NCBI RefSeq assembly: GCF_006345805.1
Contig: NW_021834486.1
Span: forward strand, 1 to 61,647
Origin: Octopus sinensis
Lineage: Eukaryota
DNA length: 61,647 nucleotides
Direction: 5' to 3'
Position numbers and translations under genes: made by a program. Within the stretch, counting starts at the first letter, position 1; each line of letters begins with the position of its first letter. The notes below the pieces were generated by a model. It was not told the DNA's origin and did not search any database. It worked only from the letters and a program-made list of their open reading frames with translations. This document shows, piece after piece, positions 1 through 12,443 of this stretch.

Positions 1-165
1 CAGATGAACAAATTCCACAGGAGGTGGCAGATGAGGCAGCTGCATCGAACTCTCTCATGCACCAAATGGCAATTGCTAAAAATCATTCGTGAAGTAAAAT
101 CATGTAGCAACACCGAATGGCGGTGCCCCAGCGTGGCCACAGCTCGTGAGCTGAAACTAGATAAA
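1..165 (+). mobile_element. 3' end of CR1/L2-group LINE (ORF2 C-terminus + tail)
   Basis: Frame from nt 3 reads DEQIPQEVADEAAASNSLMHQ...*, matching the PDEP...AAATNSL end at 44.8 kb; followed by GGCGGTGCCCCAGCGTGGCC...CTGAAAC tail. Confidence 0.6.
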
Positions 166-219
166 ATATATAAATATAGATATATACTAACGTATACACA
201 CGCGCGAGAGAGAGAGTTC

Positions 220-510
220 TATAGGAGCAAGTCATGGAACACCATTGAAAGGACTAAGAAGAAAATAGGGAAGGCCAACTCTTGGTATGATAGCCACAAA
301 TACCAGAGTGTCGTGTTCGCCGATACCATCCCTAGAGGCGAACTGGCGTACCGCTTTAGAAGGGCCCTAGAATTAAGGGTGAAGAAAGGCCAGGTAACCC
401 TATCAAATCCCAAATCGGTAGAACCTACCCTTTTAGTAGAACCCCCCTGTACTGATAGGAACTGTATTGTATGTAGATTTAGCCCACAAAGTGTAAAGCT
501 AGACATGTAG
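220..510 (+). pseudogene. Degenerate Penelope-like element ORF fragment (RT to GIY-YIG linker, Cys-rich)
   Basis: KKKIGKANSWY...SVVFADTIPRGELA...LSNP...PCTDRNCIVC resembles the PLE linker and Zn-binding region; recognised from recall, not searched. Confidence 0.55.
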
Positions 511-1004
511 AGAGAGACGGTGCAGTAATAAGTCAACGATGTACGAAGGGGAGACAACACGAAGCATAGGAGAGTGGGTAAATGAGCATTGGAGTGAACT
601 AAAGGAAGAGAAAAGCGCATCGGTTTCGTACCGATCAGGAACACGGGGGCTCACTCAACAACATAGAAGTTAAAATCTTGTCCACACATAGAATGGACGT
701 ATATATAGATGTGTGCTCCAGCTGAAAGAAGTAAAAGAATAAAATATATAGAGAGTGAGAAGGAAAGAGAAAGAAAAAGAAATGGAGCAATAAACGAAAA
801 TGAGAAGACGATCGTTGGTATTTTTCTTTCTATATATATATATATATGTTAATCCACAGTTTTATTCTTTAAACTACCAAATACTGTATACCTTATAGCT
901 AGGATTATAGATAGTGAGGTAATACACCAGTGGTGACTACGGATACATTTATCCCTTAGATGGTTGCATAAACTCTAACTCATATTTTGGTTACTATTTA
1001 AATC

Positions 1005-1469
1005 AACGTTCTTGTCCTGTTATATATATATACATACATACATATATATATATATATAATATATATATATATATTATATATATATATATTATATAATACA
1101 TATAAAATGGGACAAGAACGCAAAACATCCGGACAGTTAGGTGATACAAAAAGGGACAACAAAACATCCCGATAGACGATACAAAGAAACAAGGAAGGGT
1201 CATTCGAAGTTTTTTTTCCTCAGTCAAGTACCAGATTATCCCCGCAATTTCGGTTGATTATTCTTGAGATTGCTCCAATCTGACCAGCCCCAAGGAAAAA
1301 CTTAGCTAAGAGCAGTAGACTTCTTTTAAGAAAGCAGCGAATGTATACAAAAACAAGGACGGAAAAAACGGACAATGTTACACAAGTATAAATACAATAA
1401 AAATAATAACAGGACATAACAACAGGTGTCTTTCGACTGAGGACGAATTAAATTAAACTGGCGCGTGTG

Positions 1470-1470
<1 letters not shown>
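1005..1470. mobile_element. Unclassified dispersed repeat (related copy at ~9060-9480)
   Basis: Shared GGGTCATTC...TCAGTCA...ATTTCGG...GAGAT..GCTC block; both copies abut (TA)n. Confidence 0.45.
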
Positions 1471-1520
<50 letters not shown>

Positions 1521-1537
1521 ATGGAATGTGTAAAATT

Positions 1538-1599
1538 TAGCCTACATATGTTTCTTAGCCAGCTGGTACTCTGATGTAATAATTACTCAATGAGGACTA
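1538..1599 (-). ncRNA. Degenerate hammerhead-like motif
   Basis: Minus strand: TAGTC CTCATTGA ... GAAAC ATAT GTA GGCTA; core mutated, stem II poor. Confidence 0.3.
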
Positions 1600-1633
1600 C
1601 TCAACGTAGATAATCATATGGCCGAGTATACCT

Positions 1634-2471
1634 ATTTCTTTATTACCCACAAGAGGCTAAACACAGAGGGGACAAACAAGGACAGACATAGGTATTAAGT
1701 CGATTACATCGACCCCAGTGCGTAACTGGTACTTAATTTATCGACCCCCGAAAGGATGAAAGGCAAAGTCGACCTCGGCAGATTTGAACTCAGAACGTAA
1801 AGATAGACAAAATACCTATTTTTTTATTACCCATAAGGGGCTAAACATAGAGGGGACAAACAAGGACAGACATAGGTATTAAGTCGATTACATCGACCCC
1901 AGTGCGTAACTGGTACTTAATTTATCGACCCCAAAAGGATGAAAGGCAAAGTCGACCTCGGCAGAATTTGAACTCAGAACGTAAAGATAGACAAAATACC
2001 TATTTTTTTTATTACCCATAAGGGGCTAAACATAGAGGGGACAAACAAGGACAGACATAGGTATTAAGTCGATTACATCGACCCCAGTGCGTAACTGGTA
2101 CTTAATTTATCGACCCCAAAAGGATGAAAGGCAAAGTCGACCTCGGCAGAATTTGAACTCAGAACGTAAAGATAGACAAAATACCTATTTTTTTTATTAC
2201 CCATAAGGGGCTAAACACAGAGGGGACAAATAAGGACAGACGAAATACCTATTTCTTTATTACCCACAAGGGGCTAAACACAGAGGGGACAAACAAGGAC
2301 AGACATAGGTATTAAGTCGATTACATCGACCCCAGTGCATAACTGGTACTTAATTTATCGACCCCGAAAGGATGAAAGGCAAAGTCGACCTCGGCGGAAT
2401 TTGAACTCACAACGTAACGCAGACGAAATACCGCTAAGCATTTCGCCCGGCGTGCTAACGTTTCTGCCAGC
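1634..2471 (-). mobile_element. SINE family B multimer (one head + tandem ~183-bp 3' units)
   Basis: B-box-like GAGTTCAAATTCC; whole array flanked by 15-bp TSD TGGCCGAGTATACCT (1619-1633 / 2472-2486). Confidence 0.85.
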
Positions 2472-3039
2472 TGGCCGAGTATACCTTAGGTTACATATAC
2501 TGAAGGTTACATTGTCGCTTGGAATTTCCAAGATAACTCACTGCGGATGTAATTTGAAATGAATAATGAAGCTGGATAAACAGAATTTTTTTAAAATTCC
2601 GAATATCTGAAGAAGTAAAACGGTCAAGAGGCAATTCAGAGACGGATGAGATGAAAAATATGGGAGTGGGTTCGGTTAACGCTGATGGAAATGAAGAGAA
2701 GTAAATGGGAAAGGGGGAAGAGATGGGAGCAGATGTTATAAATAATTAACTGGGATGGTTGACGATAAAAGACTAGCGGACCCCGAGACATTCATTTCTT
2801 AGTGGATAGTTGACGCAGGTTCTGTTAGGCGCTGGTTTACGTCACGCTATACATACGTATCCGCGAACCAACCCGAGCACACTTAACACTGATAATATCA
2901 ACATAAGTATAGACACGTGTGGCGGAACCACGCGCCTGCGCACACACACACACGCGCGCGCAAACACATGTTTAGATAACATGAGTGAGCGCACATCTAG
3001 TGTGTAGAACGCTGCCCTAACCACTGGGCAATTGCGCCT

Positions 3040-3070
<31 letters not shown>

Positions 3071-3140
3071 ATCTATCTATCTATCTATCTATCGATCTAT
3101 CTATCTATCTATCTATCATATAATTATATATATATATATA

Positions 3141-3525
3141 GTGGCTGTGTGGTGTAGCTTGCTAACCAACCACAGGTTCCGGGTTCAGTCCCCACTGCGT
3201 GGCATCTTGGGCAAGTGTCTTCTACTATAGCCTCGAGCCGACCAATGATTTGTGAGTGGATTTGGTAGACGGAAACTGAAAGAAGCCTGTCGATATATGT
3301 ATATTATATGTTGTGTATGTGTTTTGTGTCTGTGTTTGTTCCCCTAGCATTGCTTGACAATCGATGTTAGTGTGTTTACGTCCCCGTCACTTAGAGGTTC
3401 GGCAAAAGAGACCGATAGAATAAGTACTGGCTTACAAGAATAAGTGCCGGGGTCGATTTGCTCGACTAAAGGCGTGCTCCAGCATGGCCGCAATCAAATG
3501 ACTGAAACAAGTAAAGAATAAAAGA
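3141..3525 (+). mobile_element. tRNA-derived SINE family A
   Basis: A box TGGCTGTGTGG, B box GGTTCAGTCCC, internal (TA)/(TG), tail GGCG..GCTCCAGCATGGCCGCA..ACTGAAACAAGTAAA. Confidence 0.9.
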
Positions 3526-3673
3526 ATATATATATATATATATATTATATATATACACACGACGATCTTCTTCCAGTTTCCGTCTACCAAATCCACCCAC
3601 AAGCGTTTGTTGGCCGGGGTGTAGTCGAACAAATGGTACGATGCAGTGGAATCAGACCGAAACTACGTGGTAT

Positions 3674-3704
<31 letters not shown>

Positions 3705-3744
3705 GAAAGGTAAAACACCTTGAAACTCGGGTACGTGTGTATCA

Positions 3745-3890
3745 TGTGTTGAAGACGGGGAGGATGACTCCCCTTCACAAATACTGACAGGACACAGTGT
3801 GTCTATGGCCAGCTGGAGGAGATATCTTCCTGGGGCTCAAACTACAGTACCATCCACCCTTATGGTTAGCCATATTCAAATGGCATACGT
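3745..3890 (+). mobile_element. Single arm of the fold-back repeat family (see 46969, 48213, 56655)
   Basis: Shares CTCCCCTTC..AAATA..AGGACAC and CCAGCTGGAG..CCTGGGGCT.AAACTACAG..GGTTAGCCATATT. Confidence 0.6.
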
Positions 3891-3943
3891 GCATCACGAT
3901 GTGTTTACCGCTACTGTTTTAATTCGCTCTGACTGAGATTTTC

Positions 3944-3984
<41 letters not shown>

Positions 3985-3986
<2 letters not shown>

Positions 3987-4875
3987 GACGGGCCTCTTTC
4001 AATTTCCTTCTACCAAATCCACTCACAAGGCATTGGTCGGCCCGAGCCTATAATAGGAGACACTTGCCCAGGTACCACGCAGTGGGACTGAACCCGGAAC
4101 CATGAACAGGTGGGTGTTAGCAAGCTTCTTACCACACAGCCACTCCTGTACCTATATATATATATATACCCGACGGGCCTCTTTCAATTTCCTTCTACCA
4201 AATCCACTCAAAGGCATTGGTCGGCCTAGCCCGAGAATATAATAGGAGACACTTGCCCAAGTACCACGCAGTGGGACTGAACCGGAACCATGTGGTTGGT
4301 TAGCAAGCTTCTTACCACACAGCCCTCCTGTACCTATATATATATATACACGACTGCCTCTTTCAATTTCCGTTCTACCAAATCCACTCACAAGGCATTG
4401 GTCGCCCGAGGCTATAATAGGAGACACTTGCCCAAGGTGCCACGCAGTGGGACTGAACCCGGAACCATGTGGTTGGTTAGCAAGCTTCTTACCACACAGC
4501 CACTCCTGTACCTATATATATATATATACACGACGGGCCTCTTTCAATTTCCTTCTACCAAATCCACTCACAAGGCATTGGTCGGCCCGAGCCTATAATA
4601 GGAGACACTTGCCCAAGGTGCCACGCAGTGGGACTGAACCGGGAACCATGTGGTTGGTTAGCAAGCTTCTTACCACACAGCCACTCCTGTACCTATATAT
4701 ATATATATACACGACGGGCCTCTTTCAATTTCCTTCTACCAAATCCACTCACAAGGCATTGGTCGGCCCGAGCCTATAATAGGAGACACTTGCCCAAGGT
4801 ACCACGCAGTGGGACTGAACCTGGAACCATGTGGTTGAGAAGCAAGCTTCTTACAACACAGCCACGCCCGCGCCT
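3985..4875 (-). repeat. Five tandem ~180-bp SINE A head halves
   Basis: Direct repetition of the tRNA-like head separated by (TA)n. Confidence 0.9.
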
Positions 4876-5277
4876 ATATATGTATGTACATTTTCACTGT
4901 AGAAAAAATAACCTAAAATTTGAACAACGGATATATTCGCCAAGCACGCTAGAGATAAATTACATCGCCAGACGTCCCGATACAGCTAAGCAAAGCTTAA
5001 ATATTTCCTCTGTAACAAAACATAATGTTTATTTATGATAGACATATGTTTATAGACAGTCTCGCGATGAATCGTTGTCAAGATGAAAGCATGGCTTCAT
5101 CCTGTACGTGTTGAAGTTGTTGATGTTTTGTTATTAAGTAAATAATTTGTCTCTGGTTAGTCGTTGTGTTGGGACATCTAATTGCGTAACACAGTCTCAC
5201 AGCGTCGCTCAAAACACATCCGTCATATCTGTGTGTATGAGTATGCGTTATATCTGTGTATGAGTGTGTATGTGTAT

Positions 5278-5315
<38 letters not shown>

Positions 5316-5329
5316 AATATATATATTAT

Positions 5330-5707
5330 ATATTCTTTACTCTTTTACTTGTTTCAGTCATTTGACTGCGGTGCATGGAGCACCGCCTTTTAGTCGGGCA
5401 AATCGACCCCGGCATTTATTCTTTGTAAGCCCAGTACTTATTCTATCGGTCTCTTTTGCCGAACCGCTTATTGACGGGGACGTAAACACACCAGGGGGAC
5501 AAACAGACACACAAACACATACACACACATATATATACATATATAGTTAGTTAATACGACTGGCTTCTTTCAGTTTCCGTCTACCAAATCCACTCACAAG
5601 GCATTAGTCGGCCCGAGGCTATAATAGAAGACACTTGCCCCAAGATGCCACGCATGGGACTGAATCCGGAACCATGTGGTTGGTTAGCAAGCTACTTACC
5701 ACACAGC

Positions 5708-5712
<5 letters not shown>
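5330..5712 (-). mobile_element. SINE family A
   Basis: Reverse complement of family A consensus. Confidence 0.9.
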
Positions 5713-5748
<36 letters not shown>

Positions 5749-5886
5749 TATTATGGCGGTGCCCCTGTATGGCCACAGCTCGTGAGCTGAAACTAGATAA
5801 AATAAATAAAATATAAATATATTATATACTTATATATATATATATATAATATATATATACACTTTATTTTAAGCAGCAGAAAATTC

Positions 5887-5940
5887 AACAAAATCTGTTA
5901 CTCTGAGTTTCTCGTTGCCGTTCATCAGATAGTTTTTGCT
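5887..5940 (-). ncRNA. Minimal type-I hammerhead ribozyme motif
   Basis: AGCAAAAACTAT-CTGATGA-ACG GCAA CGA-GAAAC TCAGA GTA-ACAGATTTTGTT; GNRA-capped stem II; 12-bp stem I with 2 mismatches. Confidence 0.8.
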
Positions 5941-6039
5941 AGCATATTACTCTACCAATGGTATTTGAGTACTCTTTTTTCCACCTTGTTTCACATTTAT
6001 GTGTTTACTCCGGTATATATATATATATATATATATGCA

Positions 6040-6570
6040 TAGGCGTGGCTGTGTGGTAAGAAACCTGCTCCCCAACCACATGGTTCCGGGTTCAGTCCCA
6101 CCGCGTAGCACCTTGAGCGAGGGTTTTCTATGATAGCATATGGCCGATCAAAGCCTTATGAGTGGATCTAATGGATGAAACTGAAATAAGTCCGTCGTAT
6201 ATACATATATAAATGTGTGTGTGTGTGTGTGTACATACATACTTAGGCGTGGCTGTGTGGTAAGTAGCTTGTTTTCCAACCGCATGGTTCAAGGTTCAGT
6301 CCCACTGTGTGGCACCGTGGGTATGTGTCTTCTACTATAGCCTCAGGCCGACCAAAGCCTTATGTGTAGATCTGGTAGACGGAAATTGAAAGAAGCCCGT
6401 TGAGTGTATTTCTTTACATTTGTGTTTTTCTCCACCACCACCGCTTCACAGCTGCTGTTAGTTTGTTTACACCCCCGTAACGTAGCGTTTCGGCAGAGAC
6501 AACGATGGATATAATAGACGACACAATAAAGAAATATTGGGATCGATCTGTTCGACGCAACCCCTCAAGT
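6040..6570 (+). mobile_element. Two diverged SINE A copies
   Basis: Heads at ~6040 and ~6245. Confidence 0.8.
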
Positions 6571-6715
6571 ACACTCCATCGCGTGATCGGGCCATCACCC
6601 TCACGATCATATCTGCATGGAGGGCAGGGTGGCCTTTGGACACCCAACACGATGAAAAACAAGGCCCATCAAAGTGTGGCTAACAGCCATCCACTAACAA
6701 CATATATATTATCTG

Positions 6716-7338
6716 CGTGGAGGCATATGGTCAACTAGTTAGAGCAGCGGACTCGCAGTCGAGGGATCGCTGGTTCAAATCTCAAACCGAGCGATGTGTG
6801 TGTTTATGTGCGAAACACCAAAAGCCCCGGCAGAAAGTAATGGTGAACTTCTGCTGACTCTTTCACCACAACTTTCTCTCGCTATTTCCTCTTGCATCCA
6901 GCAGCTCACCTGCGACGGACCGGCGTCCCGTCCAGGTGGGGAACCTATACACCAAGAAACCGGGAAACCGGCCCTTATGAGCCAGGCATAGCTCGAGAAG
7001 GAACAAACAAAAAACATACACATACACACATACACATAGTGGAGGCACATGGCCTAGTGGTTAGAGCAGCGGACTTGCGGTCGAGGGATCGCAGGTTCGA
7101 ATCTCACACCGGGCAACGTGTGTGTTTATGTGCGAAACACCTAAAGCCCCGGCAGAAAGTAATGGCGAACTTCTGCTCATTTTTTTGTCACAACTTTCTC
7201 TCGCTCTTTCCTCCTGCATCCAGCAGCTCACCTGCGACGGACCGGCGTCCCGTCTAGGTGGGGAACCTATACGCCAATGAAACCGGGAAACCGTTCCTTG
7301 TGAGGCAGGCTTCGATCGAGAAGGGACAAACAGGAACA
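6716..7338 (+). mobile_element. Two tandem tRNA-derived SINEs (family C-related head, distinct 3' part)
   Basis: GTGGAGGC..TGG.CTAGTGGTTAGAGCAGCGGAC..GGTTCGAATC; copies ~6716-7013 and ~7038-7338. Confidence 0.85.
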
Positions 7339-7425
7339 TACATTATCTGCAGTCAGTCGTTGCGGTTATTCCTGTTCATGGCTTTCACATGACTTGATAA
7401 CCTTTCCCTATACTGGTCAGTTTCT

Positions 7426-8703
7426 TACCGTAAATCCTTGAGTATAGTCCACCCTTGAGTATAATATGCAGGGCATTTTTAGGGGGCTGTACCTCTGAAA
7501 AACCTAAACTTTGTGTATAATACGCACCCCTTCTCTAACTTGAGTCAAGGAGGTCTATATAACGTCCTTGGTTTGTAAAAAGGTATACGATAATGTTCTT
7601 TATTATTATTGTATATATAACATAAAGCAAACGTGTATTCGCAGGGGATTTTTAGGGGGCTGTACCGCTGAAAAACTGAAACCTTGTGTATAATACGCAC
7701 CCCTTCTCTAACTTGAGTCAAGGAGGTCTATATAACGTCCTTGGTTTGTAAAAAGGTATACGATAATGTCCTTTATTATTATTGTATATATAACATAATG
7801 CAAACGTGTATTCGCAGGGGATTTTTAGGGGGCTGTACCTCTGAAAAACTGAAACCTTGTGTATAATACGCACCCCTTCTCTAACTTGAGCCAAGGAGGT
7901 CTATATAACGTCCTTGGTTTGTAAGACTGTATACGGTAATAATGTCCTTTATTATTATTGTATATATAACATAATGCAAACGTGTAGCTTTTTTGTGCAT
8001 TTTGTTTGCAGAAAATAAAGAAATAACAGTAATAACTTTTAATAAATGTTGCTTATTGCAAGTTATGGATGATTCTTTTATGACTTCATTTCTTTCAGGC
8101 TTAGCTTAAGGTATTTTCGCGCCGGACATCACAAAATGCGTCTGAATAAACATTGCCGGACAGCAAATAGAGACTCAGACATTGCTTAGAAAATATTTTT
8201 CATTTTTGACCTCGTAGGCGCAGGAGTGGCTGTGTGGTAAGTAGCTTGCTAACCAACCTCATGGTTCCGGGTTCAGTCCCACTGCGTGGCATCTTGGGCA
8301 AGTGTCTTCTGCTATAGCCCCGAGCCGACCAATGCTTTGTGAGTGGATTTGGTAGACGGAAACTGAAAGAAGCCTGTCGTATATATGTATATATATATAT
8401 ATGTGTGTGTGTGTGTTTGTTGTGTCTGTGTTGTTCCCCTAGCATTGCTTGACAACCGATGCTGGTGTGTTTTTACGTCCCCGTCACTTAGCGGTTCGGC
8501 AAAAGAGACCGATAGAATAGTACTGGGCTTACAAAGAATAGTCCCGGGGTCGATTTGCTCGACTAAAGGCGGTGCTCCAGCATGGCCGCAGTCAAATGAC
8601 TGAAACAAGTAAAAGAGAAAGAGAGAGAGTATATAGTACGCATGAGGGATTTCGACCCTTAAATTTTTTGGGGGAAAAGCGGATTATACTCGAGGATTTA
8701 TAC
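7426..8703. mobile_element. pogo/Tc2-like MITE with three internal ~177-bp repeats, interrupted by a SINE A
   Basis: TIRs TACCGTAAATCCTTGAGTATA / TATACTCGAGGATTTA; repeats ~7460-7985. Confidence 0.65.
8216..8627 (+). mobile_element. SINE family A, full length
   Basis: Complete head to tail. Confidence 0.92.
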
Positions 8704-8714
8704 TCGAGTTTGCC

Positions 8715-8950
8715 ATTTATTATGGTGAATCCCTTTCCGCTTCATCTTGCTTTTTGCAAGGTCTTTGAATCTCATTCTGGGGTCTTCCTTGATTTCTTTT
8801 CCCTTTGCATTGTCGGCGGGGGGGGGGGGGTAAAGGATTTGTCTGAGGGGGTCTTGTGTACGTGTTCCAACCAATGTAAACTTCTATCAATGAGGTTGTT
8901 ATATATCAATGATGATATATATATTCTCGCAAAGCGGACCCTCGTAAAGT
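8715..8950 (-). mobile_element. Degenerate RTE LINE fragment
   Basis: Minus strand reads GRP-RMRFKDLAKSKMKRKG (frameshifted). Confidence 0.5.
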
Positions 8951-9002
8951 GAGGTATTACTGTATATGTGTGTGCATATATTTATATCTATCTATCTATC
9001 TA

Positions 9003-9065
<63 letters not shown>

Positions 9066-9669
9066 AACCTTTACATAAATAAATAACGTGAAATACACGA
9101 AGGGACGAACAAAAAACAAACGGGTCATTCAAAGCCTTCGTTCTTCAGTCAGAAACTGATCCCTCATCGCAGATTTCGGCTGTTTAATTCTGAGATCCGC
9201 TCTGAATCAGCCAGCCACAGAAGGAAAGAATGAAACGCAACAGAGACGAACATGAAACGAAAAATCTTTTTTGGGGACAGTAACGGTTAAAAACATGGAT
9301 GACACAGGCGCCCTACGGCTTTGAGACAAAAAGAGACACAAAAACAATATCAGATTGGCTGAGGCAGCAAGTCGCAAGAGGGTAAGAGAGGGGACCAAGG
9401 AGGGTGGAAGGTGAGGACAGAAGCAGCGATCAAGAGAGAGAGGGAGAGAAGGAATCAGAGAAGAAGCAGTGACCAAGATATATATATATATATACCGAAA
9501 ATTTTCGGTATGTGGTTTAAGCAACTTGTTGCAAAAAAACCCCCTTTATTATAAATATATAAATTTTTACCGAATATGGTCCTTTTCCATACCGAAATAC
9601 TACTTGGTGAAATTTGTTGATTTTATTAAATTAATTATATTTCACCCTTTATCTATAATATATATATAT

Positions 9670-9821
9670 ATCACTCCCAGGACTTATTCTTTGTAAACCT
9701 GTAACCTATTCTATCGGTTTCCTTTTGCCGAACCGCTAAGTTACAGGGACACAAACACACTAACATCGGTTGTCAAACGATGGTGAGGGCCAAACACACA
9801 CACACACACACACATATAATA

Positions 9822-9857
<36 letters not shown>

Positions 9858-9962
9858 AAATCCACTCACAAGTCTCTGGTCAGCCTGCGGCTTTAGTAGA
9901 AGACAACCCAGAACCATTTGGTTGAGAAGCAAGCTACTTACCACGCAGCCATTCCTTCGCCT
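9670..9962 (-). mobile_element. Diverged SINE A
   Basis: Similarity to family A with internal deletions. Confidence 0.8.
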
Positions 9963-9964
9963 AA

Positions 9965-10670
9965 CAGGGTGGCACAGGGAAACGTAACACGGGTTCTGTA
10001 GCATAACGTAAACACAGAAAAGACATTTACACGCGTCGAAACATCAAGCCTTACGTTGGCAAGTGTCATCGTGTGTTTTTTCGACCGAAAAGTAGGCATT
10101 TAATTGCTGTACACATGTGAAACGATATGGCTTCCACTTCAGACTTTTCAACGCTCGTTAGCATGACTTCCATCTTTTGCGAGACGGCTGCGCAGATTAA
10201 CTGGTTGACTTCTTTCAACTTCGAGTAATCCTTCGACGAATGTTCTGAACAACTTCCGATGTTTGTAGGGTCTCACCGTAACACGCCACTTCTTAACTAA
10301 TATTTGTACCATTCACTTCGCCTGTAAACCTTTTACCACGAAACTTAACTTCAAAAATTTTGTGCGTTAGCTTGACAGAACCCGTTCTCACATACGCTTC
10401 CATAATCTCCACTCTTCCCGCTTTTGGGTACGCCATCTTGCAAAATGGGCTAGAATGTTCACTCAGTGGAATCTTACAGTCACCTAAGGCGGTGAGGGTA
10501 ACGCAGCAAGCAATAGACTTGTACGTCATCTTCGTTCAGCGGTTACAAGCGGTCAAAATAGCACAATGGCGCTTGCAAACGAAAGGCTGGGCGTTTTTTT
10601 TTTTTTTGAGTGTACACAATGATTTACACAATGCTAAAGAACCCGTGCTATGATTCGTCCGCCACCCAGT
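9965..10670 (-). mobile_element. Internally deleted Tc1/mariner-superfamily element
   Basis: Imperfect TIRs CAGGGTGGC...ACACGGGTTCTGTAGCAT / ATGCTAAAGAACCCGTG...GCCACCCAG; peptide MAYPKAGRVEIMEAYVRTGS...FEVKF resembles a DUF4817-type N-terminal HTH. Confidence 0.7.
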
Positions 10671-10732
10671 ATGTATATATATATATATATTATATATGAA
10701 AAAATGGAGTTGAACGACTAGTTAACAAATAT

Positions 10733-10827
10733 CCTTTATTCTCGACATATGTTTCGAAGGCTGCATATTCCTAATTCCGAAGGAATAAGGAGTACATTAT
10801 GCAGATTTCTCATCAGGAAAATCAAGG
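10733..10827 (-). ncRNA. Type-I hammerhead ribozyme motif, long stem II
   Basis: CCTTGATTTTC-CTGATGA-G..CTGCATA...TATGCAG..C-GAAAC ATAT GTC-GAGAATAAAGG; 10/11 stem I pairs; palindromic ACATATGT. Confidence 0.85.
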
Positions 10828-10843
10828 AACTTATGTCGACATC

Positions 10844-10994
10844 AAAATGGAGGAAAAACAATAAATTGGGGTGTATCGTTCATGCTAAAAAGGCATTATT
10901 TAATTAGTTAGGCAATGTGAAGGTAACTAACAGATAAAATAATGCCTTTTTAGCACCAAAGATACACCTCAATTTGTTGTTTTTCCTTCATTTT
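10844..10994. repeat. Fold-back inverted repeat adjacent to the hammerhead
   Basis: AAAATGGAGGAAAAACAATAAATTG...TGCTAAAAAGGCATTATTT vs its reverse complement. Confidence 0.85.
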
Positions 10995-11344
10995 CTTATC
11001 GTCTATATATGCATTAAACTATGGTTTACTTTTTAAATTACCTGCTGCTGTTTACCTTATACCAAGGACCACATACACACTGAGCTAATTACCAGGTATA
11101 CCTCTAGATACTTCTGTATGTGTGTGTATGTCTGTGTATGGCTTTACGTCTACCTTCCACCGCCGCTCGACAACCGGTGTTGGTATGTTTATGTTTCCGT
11201 AACTTAACGGTTCGACAAAAGAGATCGATAAGGTAAGTTGGTACCAGACTTTAAAGAACATGTGCTGGGGACGATTCGTTCGGCTAAATATTTTAAGGCG
11301 GCGCCCCAGTATGGCCGCAGTCCAGTGACTGGAGCAAATAGAAG

Positions 11345-12270
11345 ATAAAAGAAAGTGTGTATGTGTGTGTGTGTGTGTGTGTATTGTCTGTGTGTGTATA
11401 GTGTGTGGTGTATGTGTGTGTGTATGTGTGTGTATGTGTATGTGTGTGTATGTGTGTGTGTATGTGTGTGTATGTGTATGTGTGTGTATGTGTGTGTATG
11501 TGTGTGTATGAGTATGTGCTTGTGTGTGTGTGTGTGAGTGTGTGTTTGAGAGTGTTTGTGTATATCCGTGTATGTGTGTGTATCAGTATGTTTGCGTGTG
11601 TGTGTGTGTGAGTCTGTTTGTGTATATGTGTGTATGTGTGTGTGTTTTGTTGTTTTACTTGTTCTGGTTTATTCGAACAAATTGATGAAGTACTTACTCT
11701 ATTGATCCTTTTTGGCCGAACCGCTAAATCACAGGTGTCAATCAAACCATCACCAGTTGTCAAGTGCCGGTGGGGGTACAAACACACATGCATACGAGTT
11801 TGTGTGTATGTGTGTGTGTGTGTGTGTGTAGTGTCTGTGTGTGTATTTGTGTGTGTATGTGTGTGTGTATGTGTGTTGTATGTGTATGTGTGTGTATGTT
11901 GTGGTGTATGTGTGTGTATGTGTATTGTGTGTAATGTGTGTGTATGTGTGTGTATGAGTATGTGCTTGTGTGTGTGTGTGAGTGTGTGTTTGAGAGTGTT
12001 TGTGTATTCCGTGTATGTGTGTGTATCAGTATGTTTGCGTGTGTGTGTGTGTGAGTCTGTTGTGTATATGTGTGTATGTGTGTGTGTTTTGTTTTTTACT
12101 TGTTTCTGGTTTTATTCGAACAAATTGATGAAGTACTTACTCTATTGATCCTTTTTGCCGAACCGCTAAATCACAGGTGTCAATCAAACCATCACCAGTT
12201 GTCAAGTGCCGGTGGGGTACAAACACACATGCATACGAGTTTGTGTGTATGTGTGTGTGTGTGTGTGTAG
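11345..12270. repeat. (TG)/(TATG) microsatellite with a duplicated ~450-bp block containing SINE A fragments
   Basis: ~11355-11820 repeated at ~11820-12270. Confidence 0.8.
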
Positions 12271-12443
12271 ACGATACGCTTCCTTTAGTTTCCATTAGTT
12301 TAGTTGACAGGTTCCGTGTACCAAATCCATTTACAAGGCTTTGGTCGACCCGAGGCTATAGTAGAAAACAATCGCCCAAGGTGCCACGCAGTGGGACTGA
12401 ACCCAGAACCATGTGGTTGAGAAAGCGTTTTGTCTTTCTACAC

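Noticed and set aside
9121-9230. Hammerhead in the 1.2/9.1-kb repeat family
   Set aside because: CTGA(A/G)GA and CCGAAAT are present but not in a valid order or with a valid NUH and stems
11345-12270. Biological meaning of the duplicated (TG)-rich block
   Set aside because: Could be an assembly or long-read artefact in low-complexity DNA
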